Assembly: GCA_049514515.1 (NCBI GenBank)
Contig: JBEKUZ010000015.1
Span: forward strand, 2,606 to 66,605
DNA length: 64,000 bases
Direction of reading: 5' to 3'
Origin: Thermodesulfobacteriota bacterium
GTDB lineage: Bacteria; Desulfobacterota; BSN033; UBA1163
Each line of letters starts with the position of its first letter. Positions within the stretch are counted from its first letter, which is position 1. Below are positions 31,315 to 41,192 of the stretch, one piece after another. The notes below the pieces were generated by a model, which did no database searches, was not told where the DNA came from, and worked only from the letters and a program-made list of their open reading frames with translations. A program made the position numbers and the translations under genes.

Positions 31315-32289
31315 ATGTTAGAATCAAGGAAATCGAGAAAGCGAATAGATGATGAAAGTATGAGTAGAATCAAGAACGAGCAGGGACTGGTATTCCATAT
31401 CATACATGGGTCTTTTGTCGATGGTTACGGGGTAAGAACGCCAGTATTTCTGAAAGGGTGTCCTCTGCGGTGCATCTGGTGCTGTAATCCGGAGGGGCAG
31501 AAAGGACACCCCGAAATCAAATTCACGGCTTCACACTGTAATGGATGTGGAGAATGCGTAGCCGCTTGCCCCGCTAATGCGATTGCTCTCAATTTAAAAC
31601 GAGAAGACGATAGACTTCGAATTGATAGAGAGCGATGCACGAATTGTGGGAAGTGTATGGAAGTCTGCGACAAGGGAGCTTTAGACTGCTTTGGAAAATA
31701 CTTCACCCTCGATGAACTGTTTGATGTGATTAAACGGGATGAACAGTATTATCATGAGTCCGGAGGCGGAGTGACGATAGGCGGCGGAGAACCAACCTTC
31801 CAGCCGCTTTTCACCCTGAAATTTCTGAGGAAGTGCAAGGAGAATGATATCCATGTGGCATTGGATACCTGTGGATACACAACGACCCGTGAGGGGTTTA
31901 AAGCTCTTGAAGAAGCGGACCTATTACTGTTTGACGTAAAAGGTATGGATCCCGACGAACACTTAAAAAATACCGGTGTATCAAACAAACCGATCCTTGA
32001 AAACCTCAAGAAGCTCAATGCAATGGGGAAGCCGATAATCATCAGGGTGCCTCTCATACCGGGATACACCGATTCAACAAAAAAAATCGAAGAGACCGCT
32101 GAATTTCTATCCAAGTTAAAATCTGTAGAAAGAGTGGATCTTTTGGCTTTTCATGAATATGGGAAAATAAAGTATGTGCAACTTGGGAAAGAATATAGAT
32201 TAAATGTTCAACCCATTTCCCAGGAGCGCTTAGATGATATCAAAGCGATCTTAGAGCGGTACGGGTTAAACACCCAGCTGGGTGGCTAG
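31315..32289 (+). CDS. Radical-SAM activating enzyme with ferredoxin-like insert
   Basis: GCPLRCIWCCNPE; CNGCGECVAAC and CTNCGKCMEVC; GGVTIGGGEP; true start may be ATG 31360. Confidence 0.93.
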   Translation: MLESRKSRKRIDDESMSRIKNEQGLVFHIIHGSFVDGYGVRTPVFLKGCPLRCIWCCNPEGQKGHPEIKFTASHCNGCGECVAACPANAIALNLKREDDRLRIDRERCTNCGKCMEVCDKGALDCFGKYFTLDELFDVIKRDEQYYHESGGGVTIGGGEPTFQPLFTLKFLRKCKENDIHVALDTCGYTTTREGFKALEEADLLLFDVKGMDPDEHLKNTGVSNKPILENLKKLNAMGKPIIIRVPLIPGYTDSTKKIEETAEFLSKLKSVERVDLLAFHEYGKIKYVQLGKEYRLNVQPISQERLDDIKAILERYGLNTQLGG

Positions 32290-32359
32290 TGTCTTTGTCC
32301 AGATCAAAAGTGAAGCTCGCAATCGAGAATTTGCATTAGGCTTTCGGAGGAGGTGCGCT

Positions 32360-33193
32360 ATGGGTTCGCGGAACCGAAATTTAATGGGCAAGGTGGCGAT
32401 TATTACGGGCGGGGGCACTGGTTTAGGCAAGGCAATCGCTCTGGTTTTAGCAAGGGCAGGGGGGGCGGACGTTGTCGTTGCCGGCCGCCGTGTGGAACCC
32501 TTAGAACAGACAGCAAAGGAAGCAAGAGCCATAGGGCAAAGGGCACTTGCTGTTCCAACGGATGTCACCGATTCCCAGCAGGTCAATCGGATGATTGAGC
32601 GAACCTTATCGGAGATGGGGAAAATTGATATTCTGATAAATAGCGCAGGCATTCCTTCTAGTCACTTGGAGCCAATCGAGGACATCACGGATGAGGAGTG
32701 GCATCGGAGTATAAGTGCTAACCTCACTGGCACCTTTTTCTGTTGCCGTGCGGTAGCAAGGCACTTCCTGGCTCAGAAAAGCGGGAAGGTGATCAATATC
32801 TCCGCCGGCGGCGGGCTCAGGGGTGGACGGGACAACTACGCGTATTGCGCTGCTAAGGCCGGGGTCATTAGCCTTACCTGCTCTCTGGCGTGGAGCTGGG
32901 CTCGGGACAATATCCAGGTGAACAACATTGCCCCCGGATGGTTTGATGTTTCAAGCCTACAGCCACAGACTGAGCCGCCAAAGATTCCAGCAAACGTAGT
33001 ACAGGAAAGAGGTGCGCGTATCCCTGTGGGGCGAGCCGGGATACCGCAGGAAATTGGTTTTCTGGCGCTCTTTTTGGCCTCGGATGCGTCGGATTATATC
33101 ACGGGTCAAACATTTATTATGGATGGGGGTTCGCTCGGAGCGGCACACGCCCCCGCTGGATATGTTCCTGCTATTACCTTAAAGGAGGATTAA
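32360..33193 (+). CDS. Classical SDR oxidoreductase
   Basis: TGGGTGLG, NSAG, YCAAK; GGAGGAGG RBS before ATG 32360. Confidence 0.9.
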   Translation: MGSRNRNLMGKVAIITGGGTGLGKAIALVLARAGGADVVVAGRRVEPLEQTAKEARAIGQRALAVPTDVTDSQQVNRMIERTLSEMGKIDILINSAGIPSSHLEPIEDITDEEWHRSISANLTGTFFCCRAVARHFLAQKSGKVINISAGGGLRGGRDNYAYCAAKAGVISLTCSLAWSWARDNIQVNNIAPGWFDVSSLQPQTEPPKIPANVVQERGARIPVGRAGIPQEIGFLALFLASDASDYITGQTFIMDGGSLGAAHAPAGYVPAITLKED

Positions 33194-33194
33194 C

Positions 33195-33950
33195 ATGGTC
33201 TCTGAAGAATTTACTCTTTGGGGCGAGACAGCTTTGGTCGCCGGGGATAGTCGGTTCTGGAGCAAGTATGTCGCCGCAGCCCTCGCCGAGGCGGGAGCTG
33301 ATGTCGCTGTTGCCGCCAGGAACTCCAAGAAGTTGGATGAAGCGGTGCGGCAGGTACTGCGTCTGGGGAGAAAGGCGATGGCCATACCTATAGATATGAC
33401 CAAATCTTCTCATATTGAAAAGATGGTGGAGCAGGTTCTTGCCGAGTTTGGCAAGATAGACATTCTGGTGAATGCCTCCGACCCGGAATTTGTCAAACCG
33501 TTCGTAGAAATAAAGGAAGACGAGTGGCATCGGATTGTGGAGACCAGCCTGTTTTCTGTTTTTCATTGTTGCCAAGCCGTGGGCAAGCATATGTTGGAGA
33601 GGAAGAAAGGGAGGCTCATCAATATCACCTCCTGTTTGGCGGAAAGGGGTCTCACCAACAGTAGTGCATACTGCGTAGCGATGGGGGGGATACTTCAACT
33701 CACCAGGGCGTTGGCTTTGGAATGGGCTCGAGATGGGATTACCGTAAATGCTATCGGGCCGGCGTGGTTCTCGGAGACGGGTAAAACCGGGATGGGCCAG
33801 GAAGACGTCCTTTTGCGCTACCTCCCGTCAAAGCGCTATGGTCATCCTGAGGAAATAGGCTCGCTGCTTGTCTATCTGGCCTCTGATGCGTCGGACTTCA
33901 TCACGGGTCAGCTCGTGTACGTCGATGGCGCCGTTATGGTGCATATTTAG
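33195..33950 (+). CDS. Atypical (degenerate) SDR
   Basis: SDR scaffold (IDILVN, VNAIGP, ITGQLVYVDG) but Gly motif reads AGDSRFWS and YxxxK reads YCVAM. Confidence 0.8.
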   Translation: MVSEEFTLWGETALVAGDSRFWSKYVAAALAEAGADVAVAARNSKKLDEAVRQVLRLGRKAMAIPIDMTKSSHIEKMVEQVLAEFGKIDILVNASDPEFVKPFVEIKEDEWHRIVETSLFSVFHCCQAVGKHMLERKKGRLINITSCLAERGLTNSSAYCVAMGGILQLTRALALEWARDGITVNAIGPAWFSETGKTGMGQEDVLLRYLPSKRYGHPEEIGSLLVYLASDASDFITGQLVYVDGAVMVHI

Positions 33951-34229
33951 AGCAGCCTCTTTATCCTCAAAGAACCCTTTCAATTGAAAGGGGAGGACAC
34001 ATTTACTTAGGTTGACCTGCCTTTTTTAATTGAATTCCGATCGCCGCTTTGTTGGGCTCGCCTGCTCCTCTCCGCCGCAGTATCTCCTGGGGAAAACGCT
34101 AATCCCTCGGTCGCTTCCGGCACAATCGGAGTGCACTGTGCATGCTTGGGCCTCAGTCCCCTCCTCCGCGCCCCGGTTCTTTACTCGCTCATAACGCCTT
34201 GGCCGTATCTCACGTTGCTCCGAGATGCT

Positions 34230-34685
34230 CTATCCGGGGATGTTTCTTATTGCCGTAACCTCCATGAGATTGTGCGCCACATGGATATACCCTTCAATGA
34301 CAATTGGCTTATCCGCAAGTTCCGGATTCTCCAACGCTGCGATAAGATTCTTCGGACCCATAACATTCAAAGTTGAAGGGAAAAGGTCACGAAGAACCGC
34401 CAAGCCGGGTGTTAACTCTGATATATCCCGTGCTGCTTTCACATCTAAAATCCATTGCTCTTTTCCGTTGAGATAGAGTCCAAAAGTGTACGACCCTGCC
34501 ACCGCTTTTTCTCCAGGTCGGTAAAGAGTTCCGGTAAGACTTAGAAGCGGACCACTAAGTCTATCCAACTCGCCTGCCTCAGCCTGAGCAATAGGCGCGA
34601 GAAGCCACAGGATAGCCATGAACAGAGTAGACGTTGCCACTTTGGACTTCGATGCTCCTTTCATAATTTTCTCACCTTCTTTCAA
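34230..34685 (-). CDS. Exported hypothetical protein
   Basis: Signal-peptide-like ILWLLAPIAQA. Confidence 0.55.
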   Translation of the reverse strand: MKEGEKIMKGASKSKVATSTLFMAILWLLAPIAQAEAGELDRLSGPLLSLTGTLYRPGEKAVAGSYTFGLYLNGKEQWILDVKAARDISELTPGLAVLRDLFPSTLNVMGPKNLIAALENPELADKPIVIEGYIHVAHNLMEVTAIRNIPG

Positions 34686-34851
34686 TCGCCTTGAGATTCA
34701 GGCAGCCAAAAACCGATCCATCAACCCTTGATATAATTATGTTTAGTGCTCTTCGAAAAAGCAAGAAACGCTCTCCCAGGAAATCAAGAAGAGACTTGCC
34801 GCGGTCAATCTTTCAAACTAGGGATAAAGGCATAAAGCCTTTGATCCATCC

Positions 34852-35691
34852 CTATTTCTTCTTAGGGGGTATGGGGCAATATTTCAGCCATAGGGGACAG
34901 TTCACAACCTCTCGAAGAAGTTCGGGCTTAAAGACATCGTCCGGAATCTCCACATTGTTGTCCACAGAGATTACATTGAGTTCAGTGCTAGACTGTCGCT
35001 GGATGTCTTTCATTAAAATCCGAACCGGCGTGGGGGCGCCGTCAATCACGGAGGCTTCAAAGAGTTCTGTCTTCCATAGTCTTCCCGCACGATCAAAATA
35101 GTCGCGCTGCAAGGGAAGCATGGAATCCGTGGCTATCCAAGTGATGATCCGGGAATAGTAAGATTGTTCTTGTGGAGCCTGTTCCTCAACCTTATACGCA
35201 TGTCTCCCTGTGAGTTCTTCCTCTCCTACAAGCCTGTATCGTTCGTGGAGAGCTATAAAACCGAGGTCAGCATAGGTAAACTCAGTGCCGAAGAAACCCT
35301 CGTATGTTTCAACCGTCCGAAGCTCAAGAACTCTGCGGAGAGCAGGCATGTAGACCCACAATACAGTGGGTTTTTTATCCGGCTCCCAGGCTAAAAGCGC
35401 AAAGCCCCTTGTCGCGTCGGGTTCCAGCATCACGGTAAGCATTCGCTTTCCGTCCGGAAACTTCTTCCGTGCCTGGACGGCAGTAAACTGGGCTCTCTCC
35501 CCTTTGTGTTCGGTAGTGATGACCAGTTTGCTCGTGCTTGGGCGTAAGGGTTCAAAGAGTTCCTTCATTTGATTCATAATGGTCATCACGTCAGGGGGCG
35601 CAGCCATCGCGGGGGTTACCGTAATGACAATTGAAATAAAAATCGCTAACAGTATGGCCATTGTAGGGCTCCTTTCCGGGAATAGGCTCAT
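34852..35691 (-). CDS. Outer-membrane lipoprotein-sorting (LolA-like) protein
   Basis: Signal peptide; WVYMPALRRV, FFGTEFTYADL, YFDRAGRLWK motifs. Confidence 0.8.
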   Translation of the reverse strand: MSLFPERSPTMAILLAIFISIVITVTPAMAAPPDVMTIMNQMKELFEPLRPSTSKLVITTEHKGERAQFTAVQARKKFPDGKRMLTVMLEPDATRGFALLAWEPDKKPTVLWVYMPALRRVLELRTVETYEGFFGTEFTYADLGFIALHERYRLVGEEELTGRHAYKVEEQAPQEQSYYSRIITWIATDSMLPLQRDYFDRAGRLWKTELFEASVIDGAPTPVRILMKDIQRQSSTELNVISVDNNVEIPDDVFKPELLREVVNCPLWLKYCPIPPKKK

Positions 35692-35795
35692 TCGTCTATT
35701 CCTTTGGTCTGGATTAAAGGAATACCCAAAATAGACGATAAAAAGAATCGGGTGAATACTGTATTTTATGAAGACAAGGACCGTATTTTGAAGCG

Positions 35796-36368
35796 ATGGT
35801 AGGAATCATGGACATGAAAACTGGTTTCATCCGGTTGCGGCCCGAGGATACCAAAACGGAGTATGGTCGATCCATTCCAATCCATCCTGAAGTGATGGAA
35901 ATTCTGAGGAAAGCATTGAAGGTTAGATCTTTGGACATGGAGAAAGTCTTCCACCGAAACGGGAAACCGATTACCAAAAGCACGGTGAGGGAGGCTCATG
36001 AGTCTGTCTGCAAAAAGGCAGAGATCGAGAATTTCACCTTCCATGACTTCCGTCATACCTGCATCAATAATTGGAGAAAAGACGGACATGATTATTTCAA
36101 AATCATGGCGGCATCAGGGCATCGGACGATTTCGGTTTTCAAGCGATACAATTTGGTGGACGAAGAAGAACTGAAGATGCTGGTCAATCCGGAAAGTATA
36201 GTCAAAAAATGGTCAAATTCCCCAAACAACCCTACCGAGGATCATTTCTTAAAAGAAGCTAATTTATTGAAAGAATGGTGCCGGAGGTCGGAATCGAACC
36301 GACATGGGGTGGAAGCCCCGCGGGATTTTGAGTCCCGTGCGTCTACCAGTTTCACCACTCCGGCATAA
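35796..36368 (+). pseudogene. C-terminal fragment of a tyrosine recombinase/integrase
   Basis: FHDFRHT, SGHRT and KRY present; N-terminal domain and first catalytic Arg absent; frame runs antisense into the tRNA. Confidence 0.8.
36276..36364 (-). tRNA. tRNA-Leu(CAA)
   Basis: Reverse complement GCCGGAG...GGGACT-CAA-AATCCC, long variable arm, GGTTCGATTCC, CTCCGGC-ACCA. Confidence 0.96.
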
Positions 36369-36373
36369 ATACC

Positions 36374-36402
36374 ACTATAAAAAAAATCGTCTTTTGTGTC
36401 AA
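36374..36402 (-). promoter_or_regulatory. Sigma70 promoter of tRNA-Leu
   Basis: TTGACA-N17-TATAGT on the minus strand, about 10 nt before the tRNA. Confidence 0.75.
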
Positions 36403-36534
36403 ATAAAAGGAGAGGCAGGCCGGTTTGTTTGCTTTTCCCTTTCTGCCCATGCTAAAATATTTAAACTTTTTCTTTGAGATTCTAACAGGATCCTGGAAAA
36501 ATATTCTTTCAGAGGCCGACCAAGGACTTAAGCC

Positions 36535-37776
36535 ATGGCAGACATCATTCCCTTCAGAGGACTGCTATATGATATTTCAAAGGTTTCCCTCGGCGAAGTT
36601 GTTGCTCCTCCGTACGACATCATCACGGACGAGGGACGGGAGTCATTGTACAGGCAGAGCCCGTATAATATTGTGAGGATCGATTTTGGTAAAGAAGAAC
36701 CGGGAGATAATGAGGCTGAAAATAAATACACCCGGGCCAGAGGATATCTCGACGCGTGGACAAAGGGTGGCATATTGACGCGCAGCGACAAGCCTTCGTT
36801 TTATGCTTATGAGATGATCTACACCGTCGAAGGCGTCAGAAAGCGACTCCCCGGATTTCTTTGCCTGGTGAGGCTTGAAGAACTGGGCAAAGGGAGTATT
36901 TACCCTCATGAATGCACGCACTCGAACCCAAAACAGGATAGGCTGAATCTTCTGAAGGCCTGCGAAGCGAACACCAGCCCTATCTTCTCCCTCTATACAA
37001 GCTCGGGGGATGGAATATCGGGTATCCTCTCAATGAGGACCCTTACCAAGCCTCACCTCCAAGCGACGGATAGCTCCGGTAATGTCCACCGGCTCTGGCC
37101 GATCGATCATGCCGGGGAAATAGAAATCATGAAACAGGAACTTGCAGGCCAGGCTATCTTTATTGCCGACGGGCACCACCGATACGAGACTTCGCTCGAA
37201 TACCAGAGGCAAATGTCGGCCAAGAAGGCATCTGCCTCGGGCGAGGAACCGTATGATTATACTCTCATGTTTCTGGCCAATTTGAAGGATGAGGGAATCA
37301 CCATCCTTCCGACACACCGGCTCGTTAAGGAAATTCCGAAAGATATCCATCGAATGATTTCCAGATATTTCTCCGTCGAGACGGTCACAAGCGATTTCGA
37401 CATCCGTAGGAACCTTTCCGGCAGGAAGAACGTTTTCGGGTTCTTCGTGAGACAAGAAAAGGCATGGTACATCCTTACGCATCGGGGAGGGAATCTCTCG
37501 GAAATCCACCCCGACCTGAGGGAAATCGATGTGATCATCCTGCATGAGTTGATATTCAAGAAGATCCTGCCGGACGCTGAAATCGGGTATGAGATGGATA
37601 TCACGAAGGCGCTCGACCGAGTGAATCGTGGAAAGTACGCCGCAGCTTTTTTCCTGAATCCGACACGGGTTGAGGATGTTGAAAAATCTGCCCTTTCCTC
37701 AATGAGAATGCCGCCGAAATCCACATACTTTTATCCGAAGCTTTTGACCGGGTTGGTATTGAACAAGTGGGTATGA
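36535..37776 (+). CDS. DUF1015 family protein
   Basis: PPYDII, PHECT, IADGHHRYET, PTHR, MPPKSTYFYPK. Confidence 0.9.
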   Translation: MADIIPFRGLLYDISKVSLGEVVAPPYDIITDEGRESLYRQSPYNIVRIDFGKEEPGDNEAENKYTRARGYLDAWTKGGILTRSDKPSFYAYEMIYTVEGVRKRLPGFLCLVRLEELGKGSIYPHECTHSNPKQDRLNLLKACEANTSPIFSLYTSSGDGISGILSMRTLTKPHLQATDSSGNVHRLWPIDHAGEIEIMKQELAGQAIFIADGHHRYETSLEYQRQMSAKKASASGEEPYDYTLMFLANLKDEGITILPTHRLVKEIPKDIHRMISRYFSVETVTSDFDIRRNLSGRKNVFGFFVRQEKAWYILTHRGGNLSEIHPDLREIDVIILHELIFKKILPDAEIGYEMDITKALDRVNRGKYAAAFFLNPTRVEDVEKSALSSMRMPPKSTYFYPKLLTGLVLNKWV

Positions 37777-38393
37777 GTCCGTTCCCGCTTTGGCAGGACA
37801 CGGCTAAGGCGAACGAGGATGTTTACGCGGCGCCTTCCCGAGCCAATTTGATAAAGTGGCTAAAAATACAGTACGTTCTTCCAAAAAATACAGTCTTTCC
37901 CGTATTTATTTTCCTCTTCCCATTCAGTAGTCTGAAATCAAGGAAGTTTCCGGGGTTTGCAGGGGTAGGACATTTGGGAGGAAGAGAATAAGGGACCGTC
38001 TCCTTTTTTCAGGAATATTGTGGAAGGGTAATTGGGATGTACATAGGAGCCGCCGAACTTGTGCTTATCAATTCTCTCATCGTTGTCTTGATCATGGTAG
38101 ATGGGATCATCAGGATCGGGTCTGAAAGATAGGATTGGCCTGGTCCAAACGAAACTTCGCTTCCGCTCCTGCTCTGTGGAGCGGACATCTTCTTTTCCCC
38201 ATCCTCTCATTCTTCAAACGGCTGGAATCCTCGATAAAACAGCGGGTGCCGCCGCTTGACCTGGAAAAGAGAGGAATTCTAATTCACATGTCTGACCCCT
38301 TAATTAATTTTTTGATTTCTGATACATTGAAAATGGCGCTAAGTTGTAAAGTATAATATTTGTATTTTCCCTCGTTTCAGGTGAAAATGAGCC

Positions 38394-39155
38394 ATGACAA
38401 AAAGCAAGGTCTTGCTCATCCCGGTCATCGTTTGTTTATTCCTTCAGCCTTGTTTTGGACTCACTGACGGAGAAATTCAAAGATTCCAAACGCTGTGGAA
38501 GGACAAACCCGTCGGCGAGCGAATTGCTCTCTGGGCGGAGAAATTTATTGGTGTGCCCTACGATAGCGACCCGTTAGGGGAGTACGTGTCCAAGGCGACC
38601 ATTGTAGTGGATGAAAGGATGGATTGTATGTACCTGACCTTCAGGGTGGTGGAGTTGGCCTTGAGCCATACTCCGGAGGAGGCCATTCAAATCGCCCTCG
38701 ATAAGAGATTTCATTCCAAAGGTGTTCTCAAGGAGGGCCGGGTGATAAATTACGATGACCGTTTCGAATACGGCGAAGATATGGTGGAGAGTGGAAAGTG
38801 GGGTAAGGAGGTGACCTCGGAGCTGGGGAGAGTGACGAAGATAGAAGGCTCAAGGGGGAAGGATTTTGTAGAGATCCTCTCCCCTGATGAACTGATGAGA
38901 GGGATGAACCGTCTGAAAAGTGGAGACATCCTTTTTTTCGCAACAAAGCCTGAAAAGAGGAAAGTTGGCGAGATCATCGGGCACATAGGAATCATAAAAG
39001 TTAAGAAGACGGACAGAAATCCCAAGGGTGGGGGAATTTTTCTGATTCATGCCAGTGGCATCAAAGAAAGGGGTGGGACAGTGAAGAAGGTCCTGCTCAA
39101 GGAATACCTTTCAAAAACGGGCTTCTTGGGAGTCAAGATCACCCGGTTTGAGTGA
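38394..39155 (+). CDS. DUF1460/AmiA-like NlpC/P60-superfamily amidase, exported
   Basis: Signal peptide; FIGVPY, DCMYL, GHIGII, IHAS. Confidence 0.7.
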   Translation: MTKSKVLLIPVIVCLFLQPCFGLTDGEIQRFQTLWKDKPVGERIALWAEKFIGVPYDSDPLGEYVSKATIVVDERMDCMYLTFRVVELALSHTPEEAIQIALDKRFHSKGVLKEGRVINYDDRFEYGEDMVESGKWGKEVTSELGRVTKIEGSRGKDFVEILSPDELMRGMNRLKSGDILFFATKPEKRKVGEIIGHIGIIKVKKTDRNPKGGGIFLIHASGIKERGGTVKKVLLKEYLSKTGFLGVKITRFE

Positions 39156-39249
39156 ACCCCGTTGGAAATTTTTTGTTGTTCGCGATTGAGAAGGAAAGTA
39201 TAATAATATAAGGTAGATTCAAAACGGAATAGGAGGCGAGAATCGTTTT

Positions 39250-39567
39250 ATGATCCGGGCGTTCAATAAACACTATCGTAAGGCTATCGATCTCATCGAG
39301 GACTCTTCGACGAGTGAGAAGATGGAAATAGCAGAGAGGGTCATCGAATGGTTCCGGGAACTGCCCGAGGAGTATGTCATCTCCCTGGCCATGTTTTTCA
39401 ATGAGGTCATCGATGATCTTGGAGATGATAGTTTGGAAAAGATCAATTTAAGAGTGAAAGGGAAGAAGAAAGAGGAAAAGGAAGAGGAAGAAGAGGAGGA
39501 AGAAGATCTGGAAGAAGACGAACTCGAAGAGGACGATTACGACGACGAGGATAAAGAAGACTACTGA
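39250..39567 (+). CDS. Hypothetical protein with highly acidic C-terminal tail
   Basis: AGGAGG upstream; E/D-rich tail of about 30 residues. Confidence 0.65.
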   Translation: MIRAFNKHYRKAIDLIEDSSTSEKMEIAERVIEWFRELPEEYVISLAMFFNEVIDDLGDDSLEKINLRVKGKKKEEKEEEEEEEEDLEEDELEEDDYDDEDKEDY

Positions 39568-39571
39568 CTTT

Positions 39572-41098
39572 TTACTTAGACGCTGGGATAGCTCGATTAT
39601 AGGCCCAGCGTTCCATCCTTCCCATCTCCTCCCTCATGGTTGTGGACAGAGGGACGATATTCCCAGCCGAGATCACCAGATCGTGTTCATCCATCGGCCG
39701 GCCTGAATTGAAGGCTTCGACCATCGCGCCATTGACCGCCTGCTCAATCTCCGCGCCGTTGAACCCTTCGGTCACTTTTACCAGCATATCCAGATTCACC
39801 TGCGATAGGTCGGCGCCGTTTTTCTTCAGGTGGATAAAGAAGATGGACTTTCTTTCTTGAGCGTTGGGTAAAGTGACAAAGAAGATTTGGTCGAAACGTC
39901 CCTTTCGCAAGACCTCCGGCGGCAGAAGTTCGATGACATTGGCTGTTGCGGCGATAAAGACAAAAACACTTTTTTCCTGCATCCAGGTGAGAAAGGAAGC
40001 AAAAACCCGGGATTGAGTTCCCCCTCCGGCTTTTTGGCTTTGAATGCTGATGCCCGCTTCGATCTCGTCGATCCAGAGTACACAGGGTGCCACCGATTCC
40101 GCAGTTCGAAGGGAGACTTGCAGGGCCTCTTCCGGCTCCCCAATCGTCCCGTCATAGAGCCTTGCCATGTCGAGGTGGAGCAGAGGGACCTGCCAGAAGG
40201 AGGCGAATGCCTTGGCGCAGAGACTTTTTCCGCATCCTGAGAGCCCTGTGATCAGGACCCCCTTTGGAAGTTGAAGACCAAAGGACTTTCCCTCGCTGCT
40301 CAAAACTTTGGCCCTTTTCTTCAACCAGTCCTTGAGGTTTTCCAGCCCACCGATGTCCTCCAGAGCGGGCCGATTGACGATTAAATTGAGGATTCCCGAT
40401 TTCTTGATGAGCTGCCCTTTTTCTTCGATTACGGCATCGATCAAAGAGGCATCCACCGCGGTCCTTCCAATGAGGGCGCTCCGAAAGGCCCGGGCCACCT
40501 GGTCGAGAGAAAGGCCGAGTGCTGCCTTCACCATTCGATCCTTGAGCTCCGGTGTCAGGGATTCCGCTAATTTGGACGTCTGAGGAGTTGCGGTGATGAT
40601 TCCCATCAGCGTTCGTTCTACTTCGGTCGCGTCCGGCATGGGAAGCTCATAGACCATCATGTCCCGCTTGAGCTCCTCCGGGACGACCAGGACCGGAGCC
40701 AGTATGAAAAGCGTCGTGTATCGGTTTCGAAGAGCGCGATGCAGATCCTTCAACTTCCTCGGAAGGGAAAGGTCTGTGTTTAGAAAGGGATGGAGCCCCT
40801 CGAAGAGATAAAAAGCTTGTTCATTGCTATGGATGACTCTATCCAGGGCCTCCAGAGGATTCTTCGAATTCTCAATCGTTTCATTCTCGCCGGTTAACCC
40901 TTGGAAAGGATTCCAGATGAAAACCTTGGGCCTTGGTTGAAAAGTGGCGCTCAGTTCTTTGAGAAGACCCTCCACGCGGTCTTCTTCGTCGGATTGGATA
41001 TAAACGATGGAAGTCTTCGACAGGATGAACTTCTTCAAATCTTGCAGAATCTGTTGTTTTTTGGAGATCTCTTCCATAAAACCGTCCAAATTATACAT
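39572..41098 (-). CDS. AAA ATPase, Ycf46-like
   Basis: [37 protein letters not shown]; start may be 41077. Confidence 0.88.
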   Translation of the reverse strand: MYNLDGFMEEISKKQQILQDLKKFILSKTSIVYIQSDEEDRVEGLLKELSATFQPRPKVFIWNPFQGLTGENETIENSKNPLEALDRVIHSNEQAFYLFEGLHPFLNTDLSLPRKLKDLHRALRNRYTTLFILAPVLVVPEELKRDMMVYELPMPDATEVERTLMGIITATPQTSKLAESLTPELKDRMVKAALGLSLDQVARAFRSALIGRTAVDASLIDAVIEEKGQLIKKSGILNLIVNRPALEDIGGLENLKDWLKKRAKVLSSEGKSFGLQLPKGVLITGLSGCGKSLCAKAFASFWQVPLLHLDMARLYDGTIGEPEEALQVSLRTAESVAPCVLWIDEIEAGISIQSQKAGGGTQSRVFASFLTWMQEKSVFVFIAATANVIELLPPEVLRKGRFDQIFFVTLPNAQERKSIFFIHLKKNGADLSQVNLDMLVKVTEGFNGAEIEQAVNGAMVEAFNSGRPMDEHDLVISAGNIVPLSTTMREEMGRMERWAYNRAIPASK

Positions 41099-41121
41099 AA
41101 ATTGACGGAGAACGTCAATTT
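41099..41121. promoter_or_regulatory. Inverted repeat in the divergent AAA/lgt promoter region (possible operator)
   Basis: AAATTGACG-N5-CGTCAATTT. Confidence 0.35.
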
Positions 41122-41192
41122 TATTCTGCAGTCCGAAAAGTACTTGAATGTTTGGTCATCGTCTAATAAAATTGGAAGATTAGGAGGAAATC

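Noticed and set aside
36240-36368. Extended integrase C-terminus (WCRRSESNRH...)
   Set aside because: This is the antisense reading of tRNA-Leu, not evidence of a protein domain.
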